Assembly: GCA_951406725.2 (NCBI GenBank) | Contig: OX597837.1 | Span: forward strand, 25,792,001 to 25,856,000 | Reading direction: 5' to 3' | DNA length: 64,000 nt | Source of the DNA: Octopus vulgaris | Taxonomy: Eukaryota | In this document: positions 12,176 through 26,015 of the stretch, in pieces | How the letters are laid out: each line of letters opens with the position of its first letter | How positions within the stretch are numbered: position 1 is the first letter of the stretch | The notes under the pieces: model-generated | What the model saw: only the letters and a program-made list of their open reading frames with translations | What the model was told of the DNA's origin: nothing | The model's database searches: none | Translations under genes and position numbers: made by a program

Positions 12176-13409
12176 CAGCATTTCATGTGAGGATGGGTGG
12201 GTCAATTCAGTTGCTATTTCTAGCAAATCGAGTTACCACCAAGTGACTTCTGCATTGTCTCATTAAAAATGCCTTTGTTTACTTTAGACGGGGGGGGGGA
12301 TGAAACAACAACTTTGCAGAGTTTAAAAGATAATTTCACGAAGAACACTCGGGGGGGGGAGGAGGGGAGGAGGAGGAGGGGGATGAGAGGAGGGGGGCAA
12401 AACCATATTTTGTTTAGTCATATTTACAGAGATTTTTGGAAGATATTCCGGAACTACTCAGATACTTCCCAGATGTTCAAAGGATGTGAGGCCACCCGGC
12501 TGGAATAAGCTGTCACTTTCAATTTCCAAGATACATAAATTTTGCTCTTGTTTTACACACACATACACACACACACACAGGTGCATACATGCATGCACAC
12601 AAACACACACATATATGTGCATGTATGCGTGTGTATATATATGCATGTATAAACACACACACACATACACACACATACACACACACTATCTATATTTATG
12701 TATACAAATGTGTGTGTGTGTGCATGTGTACACATACACACACACACATATACATACATATGAAATATAAATTCATTACATACACACACACACACACACA
12801 AGTGCATACAAGCATGCACACACATGCACATATATGTGCGTGTATGTGTGTGTATATGTATGCATGTATAAAACACACACACACACTATCTATATTTGTG
12901 TATACAAATGTGTGTGTGTGTATGTGTACACATACACACACACATATACATACATATAAAATGTAAATTCATTACATACACAACATACACATGCACACAC
13001 ATGCACACACACACACACACACATCACACACATACACACACACATACATACATATGAAATGTAAGTTCATTACATACACACACATACACACTCACACACA
13101 CACACACACTTAGACCAAAATATAAAAAAATGAACCAAACACGATTTTTTAAAATGTGTTACATTAAAATATATTTAAATATATCAAAATATATTAAAGT
13201 ATATTAACATATATCAGAATATAAGTTCTGCAACTTAAATAGGTTATTTAGTCCATACTCGGCAATGCTTTCTCCTCCAAATTCTTGATATTCTTTTAAG
13301 GAGAAACAAAACAAGTTTCACAAAGTTATAAGCCATGTTTTTCAAATTTCCATCTCTTATTTTTAAGGGCTGATATTTCCTTCAAGACAGAAAGAAGGGG
13401 AACACTGTA

Positions 13410-14155
13410 CCCCTTTCAGTCATGAGTGACCATGGGATTAAACCTAGAAAGTTCCCCTCCTAGGCACAAGTCCTGGGGCAAGGTTGTTTATGGAAAAACC
13501 ATAGGCATAGGAGTGGCTGTGTGGTAAGTAGCTTGCTTACCAACCACATGTTTCCGGGTTTAGTCCCACTGCATGGCACCTTGGGCAAGTGTCTTCTACT
13601 ATAGCCTCAGGCCGACCAAAGCCTTGTGAGTGGATTTGGTAGACGGAAACAGAAAGAAGCCCATCGTATATATGTATATATATATGTATGTGTATACGTT
13701 TGTGTGTCTGTGTTTGTCCCCCCAACATCACTTGACAACCGATACTGGTGTGTTTACGTCCCTGTAACTTAGCAGTTCGGCGAAAGAGACTGATAGAATA
13801 AGTACTAGGTTTACAAAGAGTAAGTCCCGGAGTCGATTTGCTTGACTAAAAGGCAGTGCTCCAGCATGGCCACGGTCAAATGACTGAAACAAGTAAAAGA
13901 GAGGGTAAAGTGAGTCGTACATGCACACCAGCGTCGCCTCTCCAAGCCACTGATGTTACCCAGGGAAAAGACAAAGGCTGACACAGCTTGGCACCAGTGA
14001 TGTCACACCACATTTCTACAGCTGAGTGAACTGGAGCAACATGAAATAAAGGGTCTCGCTGAAGAACACAACACAGACCTCGGTCCGAGAATCAAACTCA
14101 CTACCTCATGATTGTGAGCCTGACGTTCTAACCACTGAGCCATGTGCCTTCACCC
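13410..14155 (-). mobile_element. SINE family F copy interrupted by a family A SINE (13502-13910, +)
   Basis: The two halves match the reverse complement of 25682-26015 on either side of a complete family A copy. Confidence 0.7.
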
Positions 14156-16007
14156 TGTTACCCTTTGCCCCAGGGGTAAATGTAGGAAAAGGTGGAATAG
14201 GTGTTTATTTTTGTTTTTTTCATAGATCATCCTGTGAAATAGCTGTTTCAAATTTCTATCTCTTATTTTTAAGGGCTGGTATTTCCTTCAAGACAGAAAG
14301 AAGGGGAACACTGTACCCCTTTCAGTCATGAGTGACCATGGGATTGCACCTAGAAAGTTCCCCTCCTAGGCACAAGTCCTGGGGCAAGGTTGTTTATGGA
14401 AAAACCATTGGCGTAGGAGTGGCTGTGTGGTAAGTAGCTTGCTTACCAACCACATGGTTCCGGGTTCAGTCCCACTGCATGGCAGTTGTTTCAAGGATGT
14501 TTCAAGGGGTGATTAGTTGTTTCGGGTTTTTGAGGTCTTTCAACATCAGAAACCTTCACTCAGGCAACTCAGTCGGCGAGGTGGGGAGTTGATCAAGCTC
14601 AGCCTGTGTCCAGTTAGCGCTACCTCCTCAGGAAGCCCTGTCCCTTTTGTACGCCACTAGACCTGAAAACCTCCTGGAAGCAATCTTTGCTGCCTTCAAA
14701 AAATTTGAGGAAAAGTTATTCAAAAAGCCAAGATATCAGTGTGGTTAAGAAACCTGCTTTGAAATTGCTTGGTTTTGGGTTCAATCCCATTGTGGCACTT
14801 GGAGCAAGAGTCTTCTTCTATGGCTCTGGGATAACCAGTGCCTTGTGAATGAATACTGATCTCAAATTTTGGCACAAGGCCAGGTCGTTCGGAGGAGGGA
14901 GTAAGTTGATTACATTGACCCCAGTGCTCAACCGGTACTTATTTTATCAACCCTGAAGGGATGAAAGGCAAAGTCAGTCTTGGCAGAATTTGAACTCAGA
15001 ACATAAAAATGAATGAAATGTCACTAAGCATTTTGCTTGGTATACTTGTGATTCTGCCAGCTCACTGCCCTCTTGTGAATGAATATTGGGGACAAAAACT
15101 GTATGGAAGCCTGTCATATATATGTGTATATATGTGTGTGTATGTATGTATGTCTTTGTATTTGACCCTCTCACTTCTGGTGTTGGTTTGTAGACATCCC
15201 TGCAACATAGCAGTTTGGGAAAAGTGGCTGAAAGATTAAGTACTAAACTTAGGACAAAATAAAAAACAGTAAAGAAGGTGCAGGAGTGGCTGTGTGGTAA
15301 GTAGCTTGCTTACCAACCACATGGTTCCAGGTTCAGTCCCACTGCGTGGCATCTTGGGCAAGTGTCTTCTGCTATAGCCCCGGGCCGACCAATGCCTTGT
15401 GAGTGGATTTGGTAGACGGAAACTGAAAGAAGCCTGTCGTATATATGTGCTCCAGCATGGCTGCAGTCAAATGACTGAAACAAGTAAAAGAGTAAGTCGA
15501 TTTCTTTGACTAAAACCCTTCAAAGCATTGCCCCAGCATGGCCACAGTCTAATTACTGAAACAACTAAAAGATGAAATAAAGATAAAAGATGAAATGTAC
15601 TTTTAGCTTTCTCTCAACTGGAAGTCTACAAGAAAAGATTCTTTGAATGTTTAAATCAGAAGCTGTTTTTTCTTCTTCCAACCACAAAGAAACGGACATG
15701 TTTATTTCTGCATTTATTTTGCGGCTGTTGTTGGAGACAAGCCAGGCAAAGAATAGTGGAAATTATGATATCTCATTTAAGATGTATTAATACCAAATGA
15801 ATTATTACAAATAAAATGAATTAATGTTCATTTGATAAGATAAATTTTAAGCCAAGTTTTGTTGATGTCTATAAAACTAATGTTTTACAAAGAGTTTTAC
15901 TTCATAATTCAATGTAAAACAGCTAAAACAGCAAAAGAAAAACTTGTAGAGCAGTTTTATCTATTTGATAAAACTGCACTACAAATTTTTCTTTAATAAT
16001 AATAATG

Positions 16008-16059
<52 letters not shown>

Positions 16060-16063
16060 TAAT

Positions 16064-16615
16064 CCTGGTGCAGTACCAGGCAGTGGCTCTCATGGCTTCT
16101 GATCTTAACTGATTGGAAGTGTTATCATGTACATTGTTTTGTCTTGGTATAAAAGATGGGCTACAGCAAATATTCTGCTCAATACCACAGATTTGCTTGT
16201 CAGTTGTTTGACCATAACCAGTTGAGCATGTCCCTTAGTGGCTGACAATATGTGCATCTCTGATCACGAGCAGAAGTAGTGGGAGAGCATCATAGCCATG
16301 TGTTGAGAGGGATTCTTTGGGGTTTGAATAATTCACCTCTGGAAACATGGGTGGTTCTTTCAACATCCTTAAACAACCCTTATTCAGGGACCTTTTGAGT
16401 GGGATGGGCTACTCAACCTGAAGAAAATTCTAACTGGGCCCCACCTGCAAGGTCATGTGCTGTTTATCTTGATATGAGATCACCATGTCGCGCACATATG
16501 GTTGTGATGCATGTGCCTGGTGTACCCTTATCAGACGGGTAGTCATGATGGGTATATTGGGCTTCGTATATTTTACCCCAGTGTCACTTTGATGGCATGA
16601 ACTGCTCTCTCACTC
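16064..16615 (+). mobile_element. Family C element in an (AAT)n tract
   Basis: High similarity to 5576-6148, with (AAT)n on both sides. Confidence 0.85.
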
Positions 16616-16653
<38 letters not shown>

Positions 16654-16687
16654 TGACAACAGTAATAATGATAACAATAATAATAAT

Positions 16688-16953
16688 ATTTCGCTTTTGG
16701 ATTTGGTTTGCAAGATTCTTTATATGAGTTTGTGTGTTGAAGCATATTCTGTTGTGTCTGGGGAGAGTCATTCTCTTTTAGTGCCTTATTATTTAACACA
16801 CTCACCGGTAAAAGACTTTCAAGACTATTGAAAAGGTTGCAAGACGCAGCGAAAATTTTAGAAAATAAAAAATAAGAAATAAGTGGAAATTTTACCGTTG
16901 AGTGTGTTAAATAATAAGGAATTAAAAGAGAATGACTCTCCCCAGATACAACA

Positions 16954-16957
<4 letters not shown>
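16688..16957. mobile_element. Fold-back repeat embedded in (AAT)n
   Basis: ~68 bp inverted arms at 16746-16813 and 16890-16957. Same family recurs at 55684-56663. Confidence 0.8.
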
Positions 16958-17031
<74 letters not shown>

Positions 17032-17278
17032 TGATGATGATGATGATGGTTTCAAATTTTTGCCACAGGGGCAGCTATTTCAGGAGAGGGGATTAGTCGA
17101 GTACATCGTCCCCAGTTTTTCACTGGTACTTAATTTACCGACCCCGAAAGGATGAACAGCAAAGTCGACCTCAGCAGAATTTGAACTCAGAATACAGCAG
17201 TAGATGAAATACTACTAAGTATTTCATCTGGTGTCCTAACGATTCTGTCAGCAATAGTAATAATAATAATAATAATAA

Positions 17279-17795
17279 TGATCTTAACCGATTGGAAATA
17301 TCATCATGTACATGTTTTTTCTTCATGTAAAAGATGAGCTGCAGCAAATATTCTGCTCAATACAACAGATTTTTTTTGTCAGTTGTTTGACCGTAACCAG
17401 TTGAGCATGTTGCTGAGTAGTTGATAATATGTGCATCTCTGATCATGAGCAGAAGTAGTTGGGGAGAATCATAGCCATGTGTTGAGAGAAATACTTTGGG
17501 GTTTGAACAATTCACCTCTGGAAACATGGGTGTTTCATTCAAAATCCTTAAACAATTCTTATTCAGGGGTCTTTCGAGTAAGATGGGCTACTTGACCTGA
17601 AGAACATTCTAACTGGGCCCCACTTGGAAGATCATGTGCTGTTTATTTTGATATGAGATCACCATGTCGCACACATGTGGTTGAGATGCATGTGCCTCGT
17701 GTACCCTTATCAGATGGTTAGTCATGATGGGTATATAGGGATTCATATATTTGTACCCTAATGTCACTTTGATGGCATATGCTGCTCTCTCACTC
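17279..17795 (+). mobile_element. Family C element, older diverged copy
   Basis: Matches other family C copies and has (AAT)n flanks. Confidence 0.8.
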
Positions 17796-17820
17796 AATAA
17801 TGATGATAATAATAATAATG

Positions 17821-17913
<93 letters not shown>

Positions 17914-19572
17914 TCTCCTCTAAGGCCTGAGATTTTGAGCATAAAAAACAGGTAGAATATTTGGGCTGGATATGGTTTGGTTTAAGCACTAAAGGGCTAA
18001 TGTCAATCTTTTATGCTGGCAAGAGTTGGATGGTTTGACAGATGCCAATGGGCCCAAAAACTGCATTGTGCACCAATGTCTGCTTTGGCATAGGTTTTAC
18101 GGCCGGATGCCCTTCCTAATGCCAACCATTTACAGAGTGGACTGGGTGCTCTATTCATAGCACTGGCACTAGTAAGGCTATTATTTCCAAAATATATGAA
18201 AGAAATTGTGGCTGTGTGGTAAGTAGCTTGTTTACCAACCACATGGTTCTGGGTTCAGTCCCACTGTGTGGCACCTTGGGCAAGTGTCTTCTACAACAGC
18301 CTCGGGCCGACCAAAGCCTTGCGCTCTTTTGCCGAACCGCTAAGTAATGGGGACATAAACACACCAGCATCGGTTGTCAAGCAATGCTAGGGGGACAAAC
18401 ACAGACACACAAACACATATATATATATACATATATACGACGGGCTTCTTTCAGTTTCCTGGGACTGAACCTGGAACCATGTGGTTGGTAAACAAGCTAC
18501 TTGCCACATAGCCACTCCTGCGCCTATGTTTTCTTTTTTTTTTTTTTGGTAGCTTTGATTAGAAGGGAGCAGGGTACCTAACATGTTTATGTGTCTCTGA
18601 GACCAGAAGGAGAAAGGGATAACAGAACCCCTAGACGTGGTTTGCCTTGGTTGGAAGCAGCAACATTAAAGTCACATGCAGATCAGAGATCTACCAGGCC
18701 TACTTGAATCAAACTTCACTAAAACTATCCTAAACTGCCCCATCATTTTAAGTCTAACATCCAGGAAGAGTTACACCCCCATCAAATAAGCTTATGCGCT
18801 GTTTCCCTCAACCCATTTCCCCCCTGCAAAACTTGGTTTCTGTCTACAATCCTAAATAACAATGTCAGGCATGCTATCTTTAAAACCTGGGAACATATTA
18901 CAGAGGGTTTTCCCCAAATGGCAGTGCTCCAGCATTGCCTGTAATCAATCGCTGATATATATATATATATACATATATACGATGGGCTTCTTTCAGTTTC
19001 CGTCTACCAAATCCACTCACAAGGCTTTGGTCGGCCTGAGGCTATAGTAGAAGACACTTGCCCAAGGTGTCACACTGTGGGACTGAACCCGGAGCCATGT
19101 GGTTGGTAAGCAAGCTACTTACCACACAGCCACTCCTATGCCTAAGATAAGATGTTCATGGTTGAAAGTAACAAAATATTCTTTTATATCAGTGATAAAA
19201 TATATTTCTATATTAACATCACGATTCCTTGACATTAATAACCCTGCTAATTTTATTGGAAAACTATAAAATCTGGAATATTCTTCACCACTTTACCAAT
19301 TTCTAGTTTCAACCAAGTGATATTTTGATGGATTGAACCTTTTTCAAAACTTAATTTCCTTACTTTTCATTTTTTCAGTTGCGCTTGTTTTAATTATCTC
19401 CTTTGGTACAGGTGTACTCTTTATTCATAATTATGTTTCATCATTAATCTTCTGCTACCCAGCGCTACCAGTCATCTTCTACTCCCTCCCCTTCTTCTCT
19501 CTGGCTCTGCTTGATTGGTCCCACCTTCTGTTCTAAAATGGGAGTAGTCATATAGTCCCTCTATGGAAAGTT

Positions 19573-19874
19573 GTGGAGGCACATGGCCCAGTGGTTAGAG
19601 CAGTGGACTCGCGGTCGAAAGATCGCTGGTTCAAATCTCAGATCAGGCGATGTGTGTGTTTATGAGCAAAACACCTAAGCTCCACGCGGCTCCGGCAGAA
19701 GGTAATGGCGAACTTCTGCTGACTCTTTCGCCACAACTTTCTCTCACTCTTTCCTCCTGCATCTTGCAGCTCACCTGCAACGGACCGGCCAGGTGGGGAA
19801 CCTATACGCCAAGGAAACCGGGAAACTGGCCCTATGAGCCAGACATGGCTTGAGAAGGAATAAACAAACAAACA
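19573..19874 (+). mobile_element. tRNA-Arg-like SINE, family E subtype 2, with TSD
   Basis: Head TGGCCCAGTGGTTAG...GGACTCGCGGTC...GGTTCAAATC (TCG anticodon-like loop), (AAAC)n tail, 12 bp flanking duplication TCTATGGAAAGT. Confidence 0.85.
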
Positions 19875-19989
19875 TCTATGGAAAGTAGCCTGTTCTGCTC
19901 TGGACGCTTCTCTCATACTTTTACCCACCTTTTGCCCCCCACCCCCTCACTCATTTCCATGTATAATGTTGCTCCCTTGTGGGTAGGGG

Positions 19990-20192
19990 TTGTCTTGCAA
20001 ACTGCACCCATGACATTCGGAAACATTTTTTTCACATTCAGTATTGTTGAAGCATGGAATAAACTACCTGCATCAGTCATTAGCTGTCAAGACACTACAT
20101 CCTTCAAAATTTGCATGCTTCCTGGAATCCTCCAACAGTACACCTGATGGCTTTTCTTTTTTTTTTTTATTAGTTGTGCACCTGAGCACTGT
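19990..20192 (+). mobile_element. CR1-like LINE 3' fragment
   Basis: FFTFSIVEAWNKLPASVISCQDTTSFK resembles the CR1 ORF2 C-terminal FFxxRVVxxWNxLPxxVV...SFK motif. Confidence 0.7.
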
Positions 20193-20193
20193 A

Positions 20194-20602
20194 TACTCTT
20201 TACTCTTTTACTTGTTTCAGTCATTTGACTGCGGCCATGCTGGAGCACCGCCTTTAATCGAGCAACTCGACCCCGGGACTTATTCTTTTGTAAGCCCAGT
20301 ACTTATACTATCGGTCTCTTTTGCCGAACCACTAAGTAACGGGGACGTAAACACACCAGCACCGGTTGTCAAGCAATGCTAGGGGGACAAACACAGACAC
20401 ACAAACACATACACATATATATATATATACATATATACAACGGGCTTCTTTCAGTTTCCGTCTAGCAAATCCACTCACAAGGCTTTGGTCAGCCCGAGGC
20501 TATAGTAGAAGACACTTGCCCAAGGTGCCACGCAGTGGGACTGAACCCGGAGCCATGTGGTTGGTAAACAAGCTACTTACCACACAGCCACTCCTGCACC
20601 TA
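20194..20602 (-). mobile_element. SINE family A, full length
   Basis: Matches other copies. Confidence 0.88.
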
Positions 20603-20982
20603 TTATCATTATTATTATTATTATTATTATTACTATTATTATTATTATTATTATTACTATTATTATTATTATTATTATTATTATCATTATTATTATTATA
20701 TTATTTATTCAGTGTTATTGAATTAAAACTAACATATGCAAACATAGGAAAGAAATTAATAGAAGAGAAATATTTTATCAAGAAAACACATGCATTTATG
20801 TAGACACACAAATATACACATACACATACACACACACACAAATATACATACACATACACAAATATACATACACATACACAAATATACATACACATACACA
20901 TGCACAAAGTAACGGAATTATTTTGTTTTTCTTTTTTACTCAGTTGCTCATGAAACAACAGTAAATGGACAAATTAGAAAGT

Positions 20983-21014
<32 letters not shown>

Positions 21015-21099
21015 GTATGTTTATATGTATGCGTGTGTTTTATGTTTGTAGAGAGTGTAAGAGACAGGAGACGGGGGGTGGGGTGGGGTGAGACTATGT

Positions 21100-21134
<35 letters not shown>

Positions 21135-21135
21135 G

Positions 21136-21178
<43 letters not shown>

Positions 21179-21979
21179 GGGCTCTGCGATGTTCTCTCCT
21201 CCACCCCTTTGTTTTCCTATGTTACCAGGAAGATTATGATTTCTTTCTTTTTTTTTTATTTGTTATTACGGCAGTTACATTGCTGTTGTCAGTGCAGTGG
21301 TGATGGTCATTGTCAGACCAGAAATTATTACTCTATCATCAACAGACTTCAGGATTTAACCAGGTACAAACTATAAAAACCTTAAACACCCCCACCCCCA
21401 CCCCACTAAAAGGGGGCTGCTCAGTACAGAACCCTCGTTTTTTTTTGTTTTTTTTTTACCCAAACCCCTACCCAGGTTTTTATTATTTTTTTTTCATTTT
21501 TAGGGATTTTATTTTACCGAAAGGGGGTGGGTGGGTGGGTTTACCCTGTACATTTCATATCTTCTCATTAAACACAGTTACATGCATCCACCACATGTAC
21601 TCTGGGGTTTCTTCCCCCCTCCCCCCACCACCATCACCATCGCCAACAACGATGACGCCGCCGACGCCACTAGCGTCGCTACTTCCCCTTCCCTCCCGCC
21701 ATCCCTCCCTCCCTCCCTCCCTCTTACTCGGCAATGTGTAAACTGGATGTTCCAAACTTCACTTGGCATATTAAACAAATATTTTCCTTATCTCGGTTAC
21801 ATGTACACATACATTTCACAAATATACGCGGAGATGTATGTCTAATTATGAGGCGGCTGTGTGAGAGAGTGTGGGTCTGTGTCGAGCTGTTTACATACAA
21901 GCAGGGTGCAATATTCGCAGTGTGAACATGATCTGCTTAAGAAAATAGGCTCCCTATATCAATATTAAGCGATAAATAT

Positions 21980-22371
21980 AGAAGCACTGGGGTTTCTACA
22001 GGGTCCAGCATCACCACCACCACCACCACCAACAACAACAGCAGCAATAGCAACAGCATCATCTGTGTCGTTATCATTGTCATCATCATCATCATCATCT
22101 CCATCACCAGCATCATCCCCGCCACCAGAGCCATCATTACCACCACCGTCATTCCTCCGCCACCAGAACCATCATTACCAGAAGCACTGGGGTTTCTACA
22201 GGGTCCAGCATCACCACCACCAACAACAACAATAGCAACAGCATCATCAGTGTCCTTATCGTTGTCATCATCATCACCATCATCATCATCTCCATCATCT
22301 CCGCCACCAGAACCATCATTACCACTACTGTCGTCATCATCTCCATCACCACCATCATTACCACTACCATC

Positions 22372-22403
<32 letters not shown>

Positions 22404-22604
22404 CATCTCCACCATCACCATCATCCCCGCCGCCAGAACCATCATTACCACCACCGTCGTCGTCATCTCCATCACCACCATCATTTCCACTGCCAGAACC
22501 ATCATTACCACTACCATCATCATCGTCATCACCATCATCATCATCACCATTGTCATCATCATCACAACCAGCACTAACACTACCACCACTGTCATCATCA
22601 TCAT
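21980..22604. repeat. (CAT/CAC)-rich compound minisatellite with a ~200 bp internal duplication
   Basis: AGAAGCACTGGGGTTTCTACAGGGTCCAGCATCACC occurs at 21980 and 22180. The motif CCAGAACCATCATTACCAC recurs. Confidence 0.85.
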
Positions 22605-22704
22605 AAAATTAACAATAGTGAACATGTTCATCACTTGAGTTATTCTGGTCTGTTTTGCTATGTACATGTTTGTGTGTATATACACATGGGGTGTGTATGA
22701 GTGC

Positions 22705-22746
<42 letters not shown>

Positions 22747-22854
22747 ATGCATACACACATACTACCAGGGAATACATCAAGATCTGCTCTGATTATAATT
22801 GTGCTATGTATTGAGTACCTTACTTACTGTGGTTAACCCCGAATCAACCCGGGA

Positions 22855-22895
<41 letters not shown>

Positions 22896-22954
22896 ATGCA
22901 TACACACATACTACCAGGGAATACATCAAGATCTGCTCTGATTATAATTGTGTA

Positions 22955-22986
<32 letters not shown>

Positions 22987-23793
22987 CTTACTTGGAGAAA
23001 AGAAAAGAAACGAAACGATGCGAGGGTGCTCAGTCATACAATAATTTAATAAATAAAATATATGCATACATACATACATATATGTACATACCTACATCTA
23101 CATGTATATATACATGCATATAAGTACAGGACACCACAAATAGACGTAGAACTCAACGAGAAACGAAAACATAAAAACAAACATGGAAACAGACATTTTT
23201 TAACAACGAAAAAACAGAGTACAAGACAAACAATACAAGGAATATTCCCCTTCATCAGCTGTCCCTGGTTCGACTCCATGCGTGTTTCAAAGGTAAGGAC
23301 AGAACATGACCCGTCGAACCAGTCTTTCCTGCAAAAGAATTAAATAAAATTCCTTTGCAGAGGGGTAAAAACAAGGAAAGAAAAAAATGTGACAAGAACA
23401 GGACGTAAAAGCAATACAAATAAAAATACAAATACAAAAAAAAATACAGTACACATAAAGAATAAAAACAGGACAAGGAAACCACCATTGAGGGCCATTT
23501 TTGAGATGAGGTTTGCAGCTGGAGATTTTACAACAGATTGGCACCAACTGGAGATTGGCATTGCTGCTGGCTGCACAATATCTGTCACATGATTTATCTT
23601 AGTCATGGAGATGATTTTGAAAGCTGTGGATTTTTCAGAACAAATCACCCAAGAAAGCCTTCATGGATGATGTGACGCTTCTATCAACAGACAAGCAAAT
23701 CATGCAGAGTGCACTCTTGAGACTAGATGAGCTTGTGAGGTGGTCAAGGATGCGGTTTAGAGCAAAAAAGTTGCGTAGTCTGACATTTGTTAA

Positions 23794-24012
23794 CCCTTTA
23801 GTGTTCAGATTATTCTATCAAACATAATGCTTATTGATTCCCATTGATTTGAATTAATCATGCATTATCTCATATCTTCAAGATCTTGATGGTGTAATTA
23901 CTTAATGTAGAATAACATTGTAGGGTAGGTGTGAGAGCCTGGACCTGGTCAGTTTGAACATAAAACAGATTAAATATTTTGGCCGGATATGGCCGGTTTA
24001 AGTACTAAAGGG
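23794..24012. mobile_element. piggyBac-type MITE
   Basis: TTAA|CCCTTTAGT...ACTAAAGGG|TTAA. Removing it restores the LINE reading frame SLTFVKGIQKEV. Confidence 0.9.
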
Positions 24013-24103
24013 TTAAGGGAATACAGAAAGAAGTTAAGCTTCAAATAGCTGAAGAAAGCATTGAAGAACCCATCAAGAGCTTGGGATGAGTATATACTGG
24101 AAA

Positions 24104-24397
24104 TAAAAAGTACCATCCGATTGTGGCCATTGCCAGCCTCGCCTGGCCCCCGTACCAGTGGCACATAAAAAGCACCATCCGATTGTGGCCGTTTGGCAGC
24201 CTCATCTGGCACCTGTGCCGGTGGCACGTAAAAAGCACCCATTACACTCACGGAGTGGTTGGCGTTAGGAAGGGCATCCAGTTGTAGAAACACTGCCAGA
24301 TCAGACTGGGCTTGGTGCAGCCTTCTGGCTTCCCAGACTCCAGTTGAACTGCCCAACCCATGCTAGTATGGAAAGCGGATGCTAAACAATGATGATG
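24104..24397 (+). mobile_element. Family D element nested in the HERO-like LINE
   Basis: Family D core and (GAT)n tail. Confidence 0.82.
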
Positions 24398-25300
24398 AAG
24401 CACAGAATGGAAATTATGAAACAATCCGAGGTTGGATTATCAGTGATTGATAACTCAAAGTTACCAGGTAAATACAAAATTTGGTGCTTACAGTTCGGCT
24501 TGTATCCACGACTTTTAATATACAAGGTAGCATTGTCATGAGTTCAAATCATTGAACAATAATGTAATGTGTTCATTAGAAAGTGGCTAGGCCTACCACG
24601 GATGTTGAACAGTTCAGCTCTTTATTGTAAAAGAGGCTTGTTGCAGTTACCACTGGTATCAATAATCAAACTATATAAACTGGGAAAGGTACGAATGGTG
24701 ATGATGCTGAGAGAGTCGAAGGGCATGGAAATCAGGCGTAATCCAGCAGATGTGAAAACAGCCAGGAAGTGGAAAGCAGAAGCAGAGACTGAGGACATCC
24801 TGTCTTCTCTTAGACACCAAGATATGGTGGGTGCAAAGCAAATTCATCAGAAGGGACTTGGTTTTGGTGCAGATCGATTCAGACCATTTGCATGGATGAT
24901 GTGGAATGAATGCAAATTTGTTGATAGCAACAGTGTCAAAAGCAGAGAGAAGAGAGCTTCATTTGATCCAATGCATTCAACAAGGACAGATGATGAGATG
25001 GGAAGAACACGTCCTTGAGGAGAAAATAAGTTGGGATGAGATATGGAAGTGGACCACATCTCAGCTAAGTTTTCAGATTTGTTCATCCTATGATGTTTTG
25101 CCATCACCTGCAAATCTAGCAAGATGGAATGTCTCAGAGAATGATATATGCAAATGCAGAAAGGTCGGAACACTGAAACATATTCTTTCCAACTGTTCAT
25201 TAACATTGAACAGGTATACATGGAGACAACCTGGTCCTTAAGGTTATCTTCAATGCTATAAAGAACCAAATTGATCTCAACAACATTGAAAAAAAAACTT

Positions 25301-25482
25301 GAAAATTCTAACTGGGCCCCACCTGCAAGGTCATGTGCTGTTTATCTTGCTATGAGATCACCAATGTTGTGCACATATGGTTGTGATGCATGTATCTGGT
25401 GAACCCTTATCGGATGGGTAGTCATGGGCTTCGTATATTTTACCCCAGTGTCACTTTGATGGCATGCACTGCTCTCTCACTC
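25301..25482 (+). mobile_element. Family C 3' fragment
   Basis: Last ~180 bp of family C followed by (AACAAT)/(AAT)n. Confidence 0.8.
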
Positions 25483-25681
25483 AACAATAACAATAACAAT
25501 AACAATAACAATAATAATAATAATAATAATAATAACTAGTACAACACCAAAAAAAAAAAAAACCAAATATATGGCACAGAAATTCCAACCTGTTGTCTCT
25601 TGAGGTCTCTGGGTGAGACTTGGAGCCAACTTGTACAGACATAAAGTAAAAGTCAAACATAGAATAATAATAATAATAATG

Positions 25682-26015
25682 ATGCGCATGGCTCAGTGGT
25701 TAGAGCGTCGAGCTTACGATCGTGAGGTTGTGAGCTCGAATCCCGGACCGGGCTGCGTGTTGTGTTCATGAGCAAGGCACTTTATTTCACGTTGCTCCAG
25801 TTCACTCAGCTGTAGAAATGAGTTGCGACGTCACAGGTGCCAAGCTGTATCGGCCCTTGCCTTTCCCTTGGACAACATCGGTGACGTGGAGAGGGGAGGC
25901 CGGTATGCATGGGCGACTGCTGGTCTTCCATAAAACAACCTTGCCCAGACTTGTGCCTCAGAGGGTATCTCTCTAGGTGCAAACCCATGGTCAGTGCCTG
26001 ACCGAAGGGGGTCTT
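25682..26015 (+). mobile_element. tRNA-derived SINE family F
   Basis: Head TGGCTCAGTGGTTAGAGCG...GAGCTCGAATCCC followed by a non-tRNA body. A related copy lies at 13410-14155. Confidence 0.8.

Larger units (their letters stand above)
23497..25290 (+). mobile_element. Decayed restriction-like-endonuclease class non-LTR retrotransposon (HERO-like), RT plus CCHC zinc knuckle
   Basis: LEIGIAAGCTIS, AFMDDVT (catalytic motif, 23660-23671), LPGKYKIWCLQFGLYPRL, IRKWLGLP, YDVLPSPANLARW, CKCRKVGTLKHILSNC...RYTWR. Contains multiple stops and frameshifts and two nested insertions. Confidence 0.88.

Noticed and set aside
21275-21363. Possible plus-strand exon LHCCCQCSGDGHCQTRNYY...
   Set aside because: Weak donor, short, and no recognisable family.
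22149-22760. 203-aa Met/Val-rich ORF and His-rich opposite-strand frames
   Set aside because: Low-complexity triplet minisatellite that is open in several frames.
23245-23300. Minus-strand GAAAC...GTC...CTGATGA arrangement (possible type II hammerhead)
   Set aside because: Stems I and III do not pair convincingly.
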